Assembly: GCA_965218785.1 (NCBI GenBank)
Contig: OZ244650.1
Coordinates: 1,664,001 to 1,728,000, forward strand
Source: Nitrosopumilus sp.
GTDB taxonomy: Archaea > Thermoproteota > Nitrososphaeria > Nitrososphaerales > Nitrosopumilaceae
DNA: 64,000 nt
Reading direction: 5' to 3'
Under the pieces are notes generated by a model that did no database searches, had not been told where the DNA came from, and saw nothing but the letters and a program-made list of their open reading frames with translations. Of the stretch, positions 20,351 to 30,764 are shown in pieces (the stretch's first letter is position 1; every line of letters begins with the position of its first letter). Both the position numbers and the translations under genes were made by a program.

Positions 20351-21010
20351 ATGACGAGAATTCCCAGAATTGGTATTGGCGGCCCTGTAGGTTCTGGCAA
20401 GAGCATGTTAATTGAGAGAGTCGTCCCCCTGCTGGCAAAGAAGGGATATCGCGTATGTATAATTTCCAATGATGTAATCTCAAAAGAGGATGCAGACAGA
20501 ATGAGAATGAATCTGGCCACGGATCAGGGGTTGCTGCCAGAAAATCTTGTCATCGGTATTGCCACTGGTGGCTGCCCGCATACGGCAATACGGGAGGATC
20601 CCTCGATGAACCTGTCCGTGATAGAAGAACTGGAAAAAAATCATCCCGAATTGGATTTGATTATTATAGAAAGCGGGGGGGACAACATTACAACCACGTT
20701 TAGCCCCATTCTGGCTGATTATTTTTTATACATTATTGATGTTGCAGGAGGTGACAAGTATCCCAGAAAGGGCGGATTGGGAATTCAAAGCTGCGATCTT
20801 TTACTGATTAACAAGATTGATCTGGCACCGTTTGTTGGTGCGGATTTGGATGTCATGAAAAATGATGCCAGCCTTGTAAGAGAAAAACCCTTTTTGTTCA
20901 TAAATTGCAAAACCGATTATGGCATTGCCGATGTAGTGGAGCACATAATCCATGATGTATTATTTGACAGGCCCCACAAGTCTGTTGTGTCCCCTGATGG
21001 CAGAAAATGA
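20351..21010 (+). CDS. ureG: urease accessory GTPase UreG
   Basis: [27 protein letters not shown] and NKID motifs. Confidence 0.97.
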   Translation: MTRIPRIGIGGPVGSGKSMLIERVVPLLAKKGYRVCIISNDVISKEDADRMRMNLATDQGLLPENLVIGIATGGCPHTAIREDPSMNLSVIEELEKNHPELDLIIIESGGDNITTTFSPILADYFLYIIDVAGGDKYPRKGGLGIQSCDLLLINKIDLAPFVGADLDVMKNDASLVREKPFLFINCKTDYGIADVVEHIIHDVLFDRPHKSVVSPDGRK

Positions 21011-21930
21011 AACCTGTAGAGTATTACATCCCTTCAGATGTACCAGACTGTATCAAATCTTTTAATTCAGATGTAAAGCAACTCGCAGTCGGGCAGTCTG
21101 GAAAAAATGGCATGCTCCTGCTGATCTTCAAAAATGATCATGGCAAGACCGTCCTTGAGAAATCATCTTCTGAAGTTCCACTCTCCGTGCAGCGGGCATT
21201 ATACTGTGATGATGCCTGCCTGGATCTAGCATATGTATACATTGTTTCTGTCTCTGGCGGATTGTTACAAGGCGACAGATACAGGATGGATATAACCATG
21301 AAAAAGGATTCGATGGCCCATATTACAACGCAGGGGGCAACTAGAATTTACAGCATGGATTCCAATAACGCCATGCAGATGGTCAATGTCAACCTGGATG
21401 AAAATTCCTATTTGGAGTTGATTCCAGATCAGATAATCCCCTACAGGAATTCCCGGTTTTATCAGACGGTGAATCTGAACATACATGATACTGCAACCAT
21501 GGTTTATTCTGAGATAATTACACCCGGCCGTGTTGCCATGGGTGAATCCTTTGAGTATGATGTGTGTTTTTTAAAAACCGCGGCTTTGAACCAGGATAAT
21601 GTTTTAAAATTTATGGACGTCTCAAATATTGAGCCAAAAAAACAAAAACTGTCATCTTTTGGCGTCTTAGGTAAGAATACTGTTTATGGCTCCATCTATG
21701 TCGTTACTAAAAAGCAGTCAGTTGTGGAACTGTACAGTACAATCGGCGTTATAATTTCTAAGAATGCGGATATTTCTGGCGGCATCAGTGTTATGAATAA
21801 TGATTCTGGACTAGTGATTAGAATTTTAGGATGTGAAACAGAGACGGTAAAACGCGTGATTTTTGAAATCGTGTCCTCTGTAAGACAGACATGTATCGGT
21901 GTTCCATTTTCAGAATTGCGAAAAAATTAA
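21007..21930 (+). CDS. ureD: urease accessory protein UreD/UreH
   Basis: [17 protein letters not shown] and [10 protein letters not shown] motifs. Confidence 0.93.
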   Translation: MKPVEYYIPSDVPDCIKSFNSDVKQLAVGQSGKNGMLLLIFKNDHGKTVLEKSSSEVPLSVQRALYCDDACLDLAYVYIVSVSGGLLQGDRYRMDITMKKDSMAHITTQGATRIYSMDSNNAMQMVNVNLDENSYLELIPDQIIPYRNSRFYQTVNLNIHDTATMVYSEIITPGRVAMGESFEYDVCFLKTAALNQDNVLKFMDVSNIEPKKQKLSSFGVLGKNTVYGSIYVVTKKQSVVELYSTIGVIISKNADISGGISVMNNDSGLVIRILGCETETVKRVIFEIVSSVRQTCIGVPFSELRKN

Positions 21931-22091
21931 AAAGATTTTGGTTTTGTCTTGGATAACTGATGATATCACATCAGGACGGCGGCAAGACTGCCTAGATGAT
22001 TTCCAATGGTTCTAACCAGTCATCAGATGCGGCGTATGCCGTTGTATATGCCAGAATCCTGCATCACCTCCTAGATGAAGAACGACCTAGA

Positions 22092-22186
22092 ACCTGAATT
22101 TGACGGTGATTCTGGCCTTCAAAGGTATTTTTTTGTCTGATCTGACCCATAAACAGATACAACACCTGAATTTGACGGTGATTCTG
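22092..22186. repeat. 23-bp perfect direct repeat with 49-bp spacer
   Basis: acctgaatttgacggtgattctg at 22092-22114 and 22164-22186. Confidence 0.95.
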
Positions 22187-22255
22187 ATAGATCTCTTAAA
22201 TTGAATAATGGCACAAAGGATCACATACTTAAACTACTTAATATCAAAACTATCA

Positions 22256-23431
22256 ATGACAAAAAAGTATACAATGCTGACAGCTGTCTTAATTGCAGTA
22301 GCAATAAGCCCAGCCTTTGCAGCAACAGGCGATGACGATGATGTAGCACCAGCTCCCCCATCAATTGGAGCTGACATCCCTTTGACATACTTTGGACCAG
22401 CACCTTCTGATGTCCAAAAAGAGTTGATCGGACCATACCAGCTACTAAAGTCAGGCCAGATGGACTTGGATGCAGGAACAATAACCCTTCCATTATATCA
22501 GGGATTTGTTCAAGTTGACAGGTTTACCACCGAATCAGTATGGTTTATCCTAACTGATACCACAGACGGTGCAAATGCAGCAGCATTAGGAATAAACCAC
22601 TCTCCAAAACTTGCATATTCAGAAACTGCCAATTCTGTTAGAATGGCAAAAATAAACGATGCAGGAAACATTTCATTTGAGAGTGGCATGGTTGACTTTA
22701 GCCCAGTACGTTCTTTAACTCCTGGAGAAGCATCACCATTTCCACCAGCTGACTTTCAGCCCGGAAGTGTTGGAGATGCAAACTATACACCACTAGTTAA
22801 AATCACCAATGCTGGCGGACATATCTACAACGCACCAGTAGTGGCAACAGGCTCAGCCAACACCATAACTGCATGCGATGATGCACCTGACTACTCCCTT
22901 GTACATGACAAGGTAGTATCAATATGTCCCGAAGATGGAACTGTGACGATAAAATTAACGCCCGGTTTTAGCTTTGCAAGACCAGTTCTGTACATATCAA
23001 CTGAGAGCAACCATCCATTAGCTGCCACACTGGAAGGTGCAACTCATACGCCCGCACTTGATGGAATCATAGTGGGTCGTGATGACTCTGCATTTTCAGC
23101 AGTTGAGAGGATATTTGTGATTGGAAACGGTCCAATGGGTACTGAAAACCCACAAAGACAGGGACTGAATTCAGCAATTGCAGATCATCGCTCACCACTT
23201 AATGTGCTTGGCGGCATACCAACCATTGCAACTGACTATTCCCCATTGTGGGATGTCAACCTAGGATTCTGGACTGACGAGGCACTAGAAAACCACTATG
23301 ATTCACGAGTCTCCGAAGAATTTCAGATACTGGGTCTAGTTGAACAAGGCTGGATTACCGGTCCTGATGGTGGTGCGTTTGGTTCTACAGGAATTGTAGT
23401 CAATTGTCCAATAGTGTTTAGATTCCTCTAA
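22256..23431 (+). CDS. secreted conserved hypothetical protein
   Basis: Signal peptide (MTKKYTMLTAVLIAVAISPAFA); YTPLV, YNAPVV, YSPLWD and VVNCPIV motifs. Confidence 0.8.
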   Translation: MTKKYTMLTAVLIAVAISPAFAATGDDDDVAPAPPSIGADIPLTYFGPAPSDVQKELIGPYQLLKSGQMDLDAGTITLPLYQGFVQVDRFTTESVWFILTDTTDGANAAALGINHSPKLAYSETANSVRMAKINDAGNISFESGMVDFSPVRSLTPGEASPFPPADFQPGSVGDANYTPLVKITNAGGHIYNAPVVATGSANTITACDDAPDYSLVHDKVVSICPEDGTVTIKLTPGFSFARPVLYISTESNHPLAATLEGATHTPALDGIIVGRDDSAFSAVERIFVIGNGPMGTENPQRQGLNSAIADHRSPLNVLGGIPTIATDYSPLWDVNLGFWTDEALENHYDSRVSEEFQILGLVEQGWITGPDGGAFGSTGIVVNCPIVFRFL

Positions 23432-23433
23432 AC

Positions 23434-23448
23434 CTTTTTTTTATTTTT
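23434..23448 (+). terminator. oligo-T archaeal terminator
   Basis: T-tract immediately after the stop codon. Confidence 0.5.
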
Positions 23449-23592
23449 CAAGAAATTCGGCATGATTTCTCCAGCTCTTTTTGTCTCCCGTATTTTCTAA
23501 TTTCAGTCGATCTTTACCAGAATACGCGTATTTTTTAAAAAATAATTACGGCAAAATCAGCAAAGCCACATGAATCCCAAAATAAATAAAAT

Positions 23593-24147
23593 CTACAGTT
23601 TTTTTAATAGGGTGAATCTAGGCTGGTCTGATTCTATATCTTCATGCATATCCACGTTGCTTACAACCCGTATCTTGTAGTTTAACCATTTATTTTGCAT
23701 GTTACGAAATTTTTGATATTCGTCGATCTGTCCTTCTGCCTCTTCAAATTTTTCACAGTTCATGACATATTTTCCAGCCACCCGGTACATCTCTGCAACC
23801 CCTTTCTCAACTGTATCATCATCCAAATAATTCATCAGCCCGTGAGTGAATACAAAATCTATTGATGAATCCTCAAATGGCAGTTGTGTAATAGTCTCGT
23901 TTCTAAAATCTGCAATCGGGAGTTTTTGTCTTGCTATCTCCAATGCATGATCATTAAGATCAACTCCATGAATTTGAAACGTGTCTGGAAATAATCTTAA
24001 ATCAATTCCGGTTCCACATCCAATTTCTAAAACGCTGGTACAACGCAGTGAAGTAGCCAAATCTCTTGTAAATTTTGCAAATTCTTCGTTATATCTGGGT
24101 TCATTCTCATCGGCATATTTGTCCCAAAATTCCTTATTGTATCTCAT
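23593..24147 (-). CDS. class I SAM-dependent methyltransferase
   Basis: VLEIGCGTG, GVDLN and LPFEDSSIDFV motifs. Confidence 0.9.
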   Translation of the reverse strand: MRYNKEFWDKYADENEPRYNEEFAKFTRDLATSLRCTSVLEIGCGTGIDLRLFPDTFQIHGVDLNDHALEIARQKLPIADFRNETITQLPFEDSSIDFVFTHGLMNYLDDDTVEKGVAEMYRVAGKYVMNCEKFEEAEGQIDEYQKFRNMQNKWLNYKIRVVSNVDMHEDIESDQPRFTLLKKL

Positions 24148-24177
24148 GGAATTTTTAAGACATGGCCGTATTTGATG

Positions 24178-24345
24178 TTAATTGTTGTGCGGGCATTTGC
24201 AGGGAACAAGTTTCGTATCAAACGTACAATCATGTGGCCCGTCTGATCTTCCCTGTATCGGGATCTCCCCCATGCATTCCTTGTGGCGTCCTTTTCTGCA
24301 AAACCAGCAAATTTCCGGGATATCGCCTGCCGCACATGATTCCAT
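24178..24345 (-). CDS. small Cys-rich protein (55 aa)
   Basis: MESCAAGDIPEICWFCRKGRHKECMGEIPIQGRSDGPHDCTFDTKLVPCKCPHNN*; fits the gap co-directionally; below ORF-track cutoff. Confidence 0.7.
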   Translation of the reverse strand: MESCAAGDIPEICWFCRKGRHKECMGEIPIQGRSDGPHDCTFDTKLVPCKCPHNN

Positions 24346-24382
24346 AATCTTTATTTCCTTTTGTGGGTAAAAAACTTGAAGA

Positions 24383-25297
24383 TTAGATAAATGTCAACCA
24401 AGGCAGGAATCTTTCGTCTTTACTCATTGCCGCATCAGAAAATGATTTTTGCAACGCCTTTGTGATATGACCCATCTTGCCGCTTCCAATTTTCATTTTG
24501 TCTATCTGCGTTACAGATTTTACCTCGGCGGCAGTACCAGTCATGAAGATTTCATCAGCTGTATAAAGATCATCTCTTTCTAGATCGCGCTCGATTACAA
24601 ATCCGCCGTTTTCCTCAACAATCTGAATAACACTGTCTCTTGTAATTCCGTCTAGTCCTCCTGCAGAAAGCGGCGGTGTTTGAATAATGTCGTCTTTTAC
24701 AATAAAGATGTTTTCGGCGCTTCCTTCTGCAATTTTTCCTTGTGAATTTAGCAGGATTGCCTCATCGTATCCGTTTTCTAATGCCTCCATTCTTGCAAGT
24801 GCCGCATTTGAGTAGTTTGCCGCAGCTTTTGCCTGCATCGGTTGAGATCTTGAATCAATTTTTACCCAGCTTGACACTTTGCATTTTGCTCCGGAGAATT
24901 TTCCCGCCTTTGATTCGCCCATCCTCCATTCCCAGCAGGAGATTGAAACATCTACCTTGTTTTGGGTGGGGGTCAGTCCCATTGTTCCATAACCGTAGTA
25001 TGCCAGCGGTCTAATGTAGCACTCTTTGTGTCCACTGGCCTTTACCGTTTTTATTATCGCATCTGAAATCACCTTTTTTGAGAATTGCATCTTCATCGAA
25101 TATAATTTTGCAGACTTGAAAAATCTGTCAATGTGTTCTGGCAGTCTGAATATTGCCGAACCGTTTGGCGTGTTGTAACATCGGATTCCCTCAAAGATTG
25201 ATGTGGAATAATGTAATGCATGGGTTAACACATGTATTTTGGCATCTTTGAATGGTACTAGTCTTCCATTCATCCATATTTTGCCGGTTTCTTTCAT
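24383..25297 (-). CDS. ilvE: branched-chain amino acid aminotransferase
   Basis: HALHYSTSIFEGIRCY, YIRP, AKAAANY, EGSAENIF and GTAAEV motifs. Confidence 0.95.
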   Translation of the reverse strand: MKETGKIWMNGRLVPFKDAKIHVLTHALHYSTSIFEGIRCYNTPNGSAIFRLPEHIDRFFKSAKLYSMKMQFSKKVISDAIIKTVKASGHKECYIRPLAYYGYGTMGLTPTQNKVDVSISCWEWRMGESKAGKFSGAKCKVSSWVKIDSRSQPMQAKAAANYSNAALARMEALENGYDEAILLNSQGKIAEGSAENIFIVKDDIIQTPPLSAGGLDGITRDSVIQIVEENGGFVIERDLERDDLYTADEIFMTGTAAEVKSVTQIDKMKIGSGKMGHITKALQKSFSDAAMSKDERFLPWLTFI

Positions 25298-25379
25298 AGG
25301 TGAGAGAAAAAACCCTGCTAATTTAAAGAATTATCCTCCAATGTGCAAGCTACATATCAGACAAACTGCAGGTTATACC

Positions 25380-25583
25380 ATGGAATGGATCCTGGGTTTT
25401 GCTGCAATCATTCTTCTTGTGGTGGGTCTAGTCGGTCAGGCATTTGAGATGAGAAGGATTCGATTAACCACGTACAAAGACGAATCGGCCTCGGCAGGTA
25501 TTTTCATGAACAAGAAGAATTTCAAGTGGTACGCACTACTTGGAATCGGGGTGGTTCTTTGGTATGCAGCTGAGCGTATGTGA
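25380..25583 (+). CDS. small 2-TM membrane protein
   Basis: MEWILGFAAIILLVVGLVGQAFEM... Confidence 0.7.
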   Translation: MEWILGFAAIILLVVGLVGQAFEMRRIRLTTYKDESASAGIFMNKKNFKWYALLGIGVVLWYAAERM

Positions 25584-25635
25584 GCCTAACTATATAGATC
25601 AAGTCTAAATACTAGAAATTATAAGATATGATATC

Positions 25636-25730
25636 GCGTGTTTTGGGTAACGCCGGACTAAGTCTAGATAATGGTCCAAGAACAAACCCATGATGGCGTT
25701 TACAGGTGAAAACCCGTAACGCCACTCTTT
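25636..25730 (+). ncRNA. candidate structured small RNA
   Basis: TGGGT/ACCCA plus GGACTA/TGGTCC hairpin; TGGCGT..GGT-GAAA-ACC..ACGCCA GNRA hairpin; TATA-like element upstream and T-tract downstream. Confidence 0.5.
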
Positions 25731-27148
25731 TACTTTACAAAATTAATTTCAGAAATTTCTTGATGTATCGCCTTGATTGCCTTTCTTATGTTGTCACCTG
25801 AATCTTTGACAACAATAATTATTCGTGATGTTTCTTCCTGTGCATCCATGTTTAGGATGTTTAATCCCGATTCACCAATCTTTGCACTAGTTCTTGAGGC
25901 TACCTGTTGAACTCGCCACATTTCATCACCAATTAGCGTAATGACTCCCCTGTTGTATGTAATTGTAGCAAGTGAATCAAACCCCAACAAATATTTTTCA
26001 TTTCTTTTCACATAATCCCCATCCAGGAACAGTATTCTTGAAAATTCGATCCCGTCTTTTGTAAAGGGCGATAAAATTATAAATTCACTGTAGCGCTTGT
26101 CTTTTTCTAACGATGTTAATAATTTCTGAATACAGCTTGTCTCGATTCTAAAAATTGCACAGTTTTCCTTTCCCGTAACTATCTTAATGGGATGACCTTT
26201 CTGCACATCTAGTGTCCGCTTTATCGTGGTTATTTTTTCTGGATTTTTCATATTAGTAACGGTAATTGGCATGTCCACCCCGTTTTCCACGATCTCCTTT
26301 ATTGCGATGGGATCTAAAATCTTCATTCCAAACATTCCTGCCAATCTAGCTTCGTTGTGGGACAACTGAACAACTTCGGTTAATCCAGACTCTACAATTT
26401 TTGGATCTGCAGAAACTACTGCACTGTCCTTCTCAAAATCTATGCTTGTTTCATAGGTTTTATGAAATAATATTCCCAGATCTGCGGCCGTTCTATCTGA
26501 CCCCCCGCGTTCATATGTTGTGGTGACGTTATCTACTGTCTTTCCAATAAATCCCCCAATGGTAACTACTTCATTTTCTGCTACAAGCTCAGAGATTCTG
26601 CCCATTTTTTTCCTTGACTCTGAGAGCAGGAAGTTTGTTGACTCTATGTTGTTATCTGTGATTATCGGCCAATCATCAAGTTCCACAGAGGCTGCCTGAA
26701 TGCCGTTACTTTGCAGAACGTGGTTCATTACATGAGACATCAAAAGCTCTCCGGTAAACGCCAGTGCCCTAGAGCGCACTTCATCAGTAAACTCTTTGTT
26801 GGCCGATGCCTTCTCCAGTGCTTTTTGTGCCTTTTCTAGGTGTGAATTAATGGTGTTTTTGCAGTCCTCCTTATTATCGGAATTTACCAGTTCCAGGATT
26901 TTTTGATAGGTTGCTTTTACAGTATCTAGCGATGTAGCCGTGCCATTTTCTGCATTTCTGCCCTGCTCTAAAATTACATCAGTAAGAGAGCGTTTTCTGC
27001 CGTTTTCGATGGTCAGCGGTGCCGAGAAGACTGCAATTATTTTAGAGTCCTTTTTCAAGTCATTAATGCGGCAAACGATTTCCGGAATAGCCGCACCATC
27101 CGGACCTAATGCACTGCCTCCAAACTTTGCTACTACCAACTTGGTCAT
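25730..27148 (-). CDS. lysC: aspartate kinase
   Basis: VAKFGGS, SA, GELL, RGGSD and SADPK motifs; C-terminal ACT region. Confidence 0.9.
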   Translation of the reverse strand: MTKLVVAKFGGSALGPDGAAIPEIVCRINDLKKDSKIIAVFSAPLTIENGRKRSLTDVILEQGRNAENGTATSLDTVKATYQKILELVNSDNKEDCKNTINSHLEKAQKALEKASANKEFTDEVRSRALAFTGELLMSHVMNHVLQSNGIQAASVELDDWPIITDNNIESTNFLLSESRKKMGRISELVAENEVVTIGGFIGKTVDNVTTTYERGGSDRTAADLGILFHKTYETSIDFEKDSAVVSADPKIVESGLTEVVQLSHNEARLAGMFGMKILDPIAIKEIVENGVDMPITVTNMKNPEKITTIKRTLDVQKGHPIKIVTGKENCAIFRIETSCIQKLLTSLEKDKRYSEFIILSPFTKDGIEFSRILFLDGDYVKRNEKYLLGFDSLATITYNRGVITLIGDEMWRVQQVASRTSAKIGESGLNILNMDAQEETSRIIIVVKDSGDNIRKAIKAIHQEISEINFVK

Positions 27149-27178
27149 GGTACTTTATCAAAACTCAGAGGTTATCTA

Positions 27179-28207
27179 TTAAGCATTTGATCGCCAGTTG
27201 GCCAATTTTTTGATAATATTTGATGCGATTTCTGCGCCATCTGTGTTCACCGGATTTCTTTTCTGTTCCAATTTTTCTGTAATTAATACGTCAAGTTTTT
27301 TGATATCCTCAAAAACAAAGCCCTGTTCCTTTGCGTTATCTTCTTGCTCAAAATGTCCTTTTATGGGTATGAATATTGCAGGGGTTCCATAGGCATTTGC
27401 CTCATCTATGGTTGACTTGCCGGCCAGTGATATCAGCAAATCTGCTGCAAAAATTAATTCATGTAAATTATCTACAAACCCCAGATTTCTGACATTTTCA
27501 AATTTTTTGCTTACTGCCGGGCCGGACACTAGAACGGTTTCCACATCCTGATTGATTTTTGTGATGGATTCTAGTGCCTTTTCAATAAGAAATAATCCCG
27601 CGTCTGTTCCCCCGATTGAAATGACTATTGTCTTTCCCTCAAATGAGAATTTTTCTCGCAATTCCTCTCTTGAAAATCTGGTTTGTCTAACTATTGGTCC
27701 TACTCTTTTGATATTGTCTTGATCCTCCCCATTTTCAGGAAGAATCACAATGTCTGATTTTTTAATAATCTTCTGCATTGATTGGTTCATCTTTTTTTCA
27801 ATAAAGGATGCAATTCCTTTGGTAAATCTGGTTTCTAAGATATCTGTGATAAGCACATTTGGAATTTTCATGTTTTGTGCAACAGATAATGATGCAAAAT
27901 CTTCGTCACTAATTACCAAACTTGGATTGTCTTTTTGAATAATCGACTGTGATTTTTTCTTACAGTCTTTATAGTATTGATAATAATTCCATAGCCACCT
28001 TGCGGAATTCTTTAATGTTCCATCTTCAACGACAAATGAGGGCGGGTTGTATACATTCTGTACTTGAAAATCCAAATTTTTTAGAATTTTTGCAGCTCCA
28101 TTGCCTGTTACAAAATTTGTTGAAATATTTTCAAAATTATTCACAATTGCAATATCCCTAGTTACATGACCCAATCCAATCGGACTGGAAAAAAAATCAA
28201 GATTCAT
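27179..28207 (-). CDS. glycosyltransferase (GT28/MurG-like)
   Basis: GLGHVTRD, SIGGT, ADLLISLAG and HFEQEDNA motifs; start at 28207 avoids overlap with tRNA-Val. Confidence 0.85.
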   Translation of the reverse strand: MNLDFFSSPIGLGHVTRDIAIVNNFENISTNFVTGNGAAKILKNLDFQVQNVYNPPSFVVEDGTLKNSARWLWNYYQYYKDCKKKSQSIIQKDNPSLVISDEDFASLSVAQNMKIPNVLITDILETRFTKGIASFIEKKMNQSMQKIIKKSDIVILPENGEDQDNIKRVGPIVRQTRFSREELREKFSFEGKTIVISIGGTDAGLFLIEKALESITKINQDVETVLVSGPAVSKKFENVRNLGFVDNLHELIFAADLLISLAGKSTIDEANAYGTPAIFIPIKGHFEQEDNAKEQGFVFEDIKKLDVLITEKLEQKRNPVNTDGAEIASNIIKKLANWRSNA

Positions 28208-28286
28208 GAATTTTGTAATTTTTTGCCAAATTTCTAGATTTTCACGCTTCTTAAAGTTTAAATGGATTTTAACAGTCTTGGTTTTT

Positions 28287-28361
28287 GGGCTCATAGTCCA
28301 GGTCGGTTATGACGTCGCCCTTACACGGCGAAGATCCGGGGTTCAAATCCCCGTGGGCCCA
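28287..28361 (+). tRNA. tRNA-Val(TAC)
   Basis: Acceptor GGGCTCA/TGGGCCC, TCGCC-CT-TAC-AC-GGCGA, CGGGG-TTCAAAT-CCCCG. Confidence 0.96.
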
Positions 28362-28372
28362 TCCCCCATCAG

Positions 28373-28755
28373 GTGTTTAAATCTGACACACATATTGGAG
28401 GCATGTTCAGCCTCGATCTAGAAAAGATCAACGATGAAGGCATACACTATGAGAAATTCCTCGATGGCATTAAAAACCACGATACAAAGCGACATTATGT
28501 CAATAAACTCGTAAAATTCCCAAGAGAGATACCTGCAGAGATCTATGAGCAACTAGAATGCAAGACCCCCGACGATACGGTAGAGTCGCAGGCCGAGTGC
28601 TTTGTCAACCTGTCTCGCAAGAACCCCAAGGCTTGCGCCAACACAATTGCCGAATATATAAAACACTTTAACGGGCGGGTAAAGGAGGGCAGACTCAGCC
28701 CCAATACGATCCCTCAACTATGTCAAGCCCATCAGATCCAGAGATAAGACATAAT
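28373..28755 (+). pseudogene. truncated tyrosine integrase (N-terminal part)
   Basis: Directly after tRNA-Val; TKRHYVNKL...RVKEGRLSPNTIP, then a 1-nt frameshift restores NYVKPI; no catalytic domain. Confidence 0.65.
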
Positions 28756-28886
28756 GCCTCAAGGGCATTTCTATGAAGAAACGAATAAAATCAATCATTG
28801 TACCATCCTGCGTCTGTTTTCATCTCCCAAATGGGTGATATCTGGTAAATTCTTTTATGACTTGTCCAATCTTCAATGTGAGGACT

Positions 28887-30764
28887 ATGAATTCAAAGCT
28901 GCACCCCGTGGTTAATTTTTCTCTAAAAAAAGAAGTGTTTTTTGTAGCCATAGGCTCAGTTATTGGCGCATTTACAATGCATTTACCAAGAATATTTTTG
29001 GATTTGGTTGGCGATTCATCATATCTTGTAACTTTACTGGTATCTGCCCAGGTTGTAAATTCCACCGAACCTATTGTAGGGTTTTTACTGCATATTTTTG
29101 TTGCAACAACAATCGGAATTATCACCGGTGTTTTGTTACACAAGGTAATCAAATTTAATCTTTCAAAGATTACTGCGGGGCTTGTTTATGGAATGATTGC
29201 CGGAATTGTGGTCTTTGTTGTTTTTGCAATTCCGGTATCTCAGTTACTGCTAGGTCCAAATACCGCAGAAATATTGTCGGAGATCAACCCACAGATATCC
29301 TATGCTGAAGCACTCGAGGAAGTTGAACGTGGTTTTGTCACTCAAATGTTCAATTCGTTGATGATGCATATCATTTGGGGTCTCACATTGGGAATAATTT
29401 CATCGCTTTTTACACGTAAGATTGGAGCCAATTATTTATGCAGGACGTGTAACATTGAATTTTCAAAACTTCAAACATGGAAACATCACCAGAAACACGT
29501 ACATGAGAATCCATCACCTTCGATGAAGAAAATTCTCATTGTTGGAGGCGGATATGCAGGCGTTGGAGTACTAGATAAGATCCAAAAGCAGTTTCAAGAT
29601 GATGTGAATGTTAGTATCTCTATTGTTTCGGAGAACAATTTCTTTCTTCACACTCCAATGTTGCCGGAGCTTTCCACTGGAACCATTGAGCCGCGCCATA
29701 TTGCCACGCCAATTAGAAATTTCTGTAAAAGAGCCAGGTTTTATCAAGCAAAAGTAACCAATATTGACTTGGAAAAAAAAATTGTATACAGTAATACGGC
29801 AACCGGGGAAATGAGGCTAGAATATGATTATCTGGTAATTGCTGCTGGAACCAAGACCGGATTTTTTGGGAATGAAAATTTAAAGAAATATTCCGTCACA
29901 ATAAAGACCCTAGAGGATGCCAGTATCATCCGAAATCAGATTATTAGACAGTTAGAGTTGGCCGATCAGCAAGAGATCTCAGAACAGCCTCAGCTTTTAT
30001 CATTTGTCATAGTCGGTGGCGGATTTTCCGGAGTAGAGACTGCAGGAGAGATAAACGAGTTTATCCGAGAATCAGCTGAGAAATATTACAGAAACATTGA
30101 ACCTGATTCCATTCAAGTAAACCTGATTGCCGCAAGGGATCATATCCTACCTGAAATTGGATCTCTGGGAGGATACGCTGCAAAATCCTTGGAGAAATCC
30201 GGCGTAAATATAATTTACAATACCAAGGTGACTAATGCCGATGTTTCACAAATATTTCTCAGTGATGATAGTTCATTACACTATTCCATGCTGGTATGGG
30301 CCGGTGGAAATGAATCCCAGGATTTTGTGCAATCACTAGATAGCGAGCATGATAAATCCGGCAGGCTGGTAGTTGACAAATATCTACGATTACCAAAACA
30401 TACGAATGTATTTGCATTAGGGGATTGCGCATGCATTTTAGATTCTAAAAACAAGCCATATCCTCCGACTGCCCAGCATGCAATAAGGGAGGCAAATACT
30501 GCATCAAAAAATTTAATATCATCACTTTCTCAGAGTAACAAATTTTCAATCTTTGATTATTCATCAAAGGGATCTATGGCAAAAATTGGAAAACGTGATG
30601 GGGTTGCAAGGATGTTTGGAATTAATCTAACCGGATTTGCAGCCTGGTTTGTATGGAAGCAATACTATTTGTCAACCCTTCCGGTAATGGAGAAACGGAT
30701 TAGAGTGAGTCTTGATTGGTTTATAGATCTTTTCTTTCCTCGTGATATTACCAAATTAAATTAA
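28887..30764 (+). CDS. type II NADH dehydrogenase-like FAD oxidoreductase with N-terminal membrane domain and C2H2 finger
   Basis: IVGGGYAG, TPMLPE, IVGGGFSGVETAGE, FALGDC and PPTAQHA motifs; CRTC...HQKHVH linker. Confidence 0.88.
   Translation: MNSKLHPVVNFSLKKEVFFVAIGSVIGAFTMHLPRIFLDLVGDSSYLVTLLVSAQVVNSTEPIVGFLLHIFVATTIGIITGVLLHKVIKFNLSKITAGLVYGMIAGIVVFVVFAIPVSQLLLGPNTAEILSEINPQISYAEALEEVERGFVTQMFNSLMMHIIWGLTLGIISSLFTRKIGANYLCRTCNIEFSKLQTWKHHQKHVHENPSPSMKKILIVGGGYAGVGVLDKIQKQFQDDVNVSISIVSENNFFLHTPMLPELSTGTIEPRHIATPIRNFCKRARFYQAKVTNIDLEKKIVYSNTATGEMRLEYDYLVIAAGTKTGFFGNENLKKYSVTIKTLEDASIIRNQIIRQLELADQQEISEQPQLLSFVIVGGGFSGVETAGEINEFIRESAEKYYRNIEPDSIQVNLIAARDHILPEIGSLGGYAAKSLEKSGVNIIYNTKVTNADVSQIFLSDDSSLHYSMLVWAGGNESQDFVQSLDSEHDKSGRLVVDKYLRLPKHTNVFALGDCACILDSKNKPYPPTAQHAIREANTASKNLISSLSQSNKFSIFDYSSKGSMAKIGKRDGVARMFGINLTGFAAWFVWKQYYLSTLPVMEKRIRVSLDWFIDLFFPRDITKLN

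Noticed and set aside
22092-22186. CRISPR array
   Set aside because: Only two repeats, no dyad and no cas genes in the window
24144-24370. Three overlapping 61-63-aa track ORFs
   Set aside because: Better explained by the 55-aa Cys-rich ORF at 24178-24345 on the minus strand
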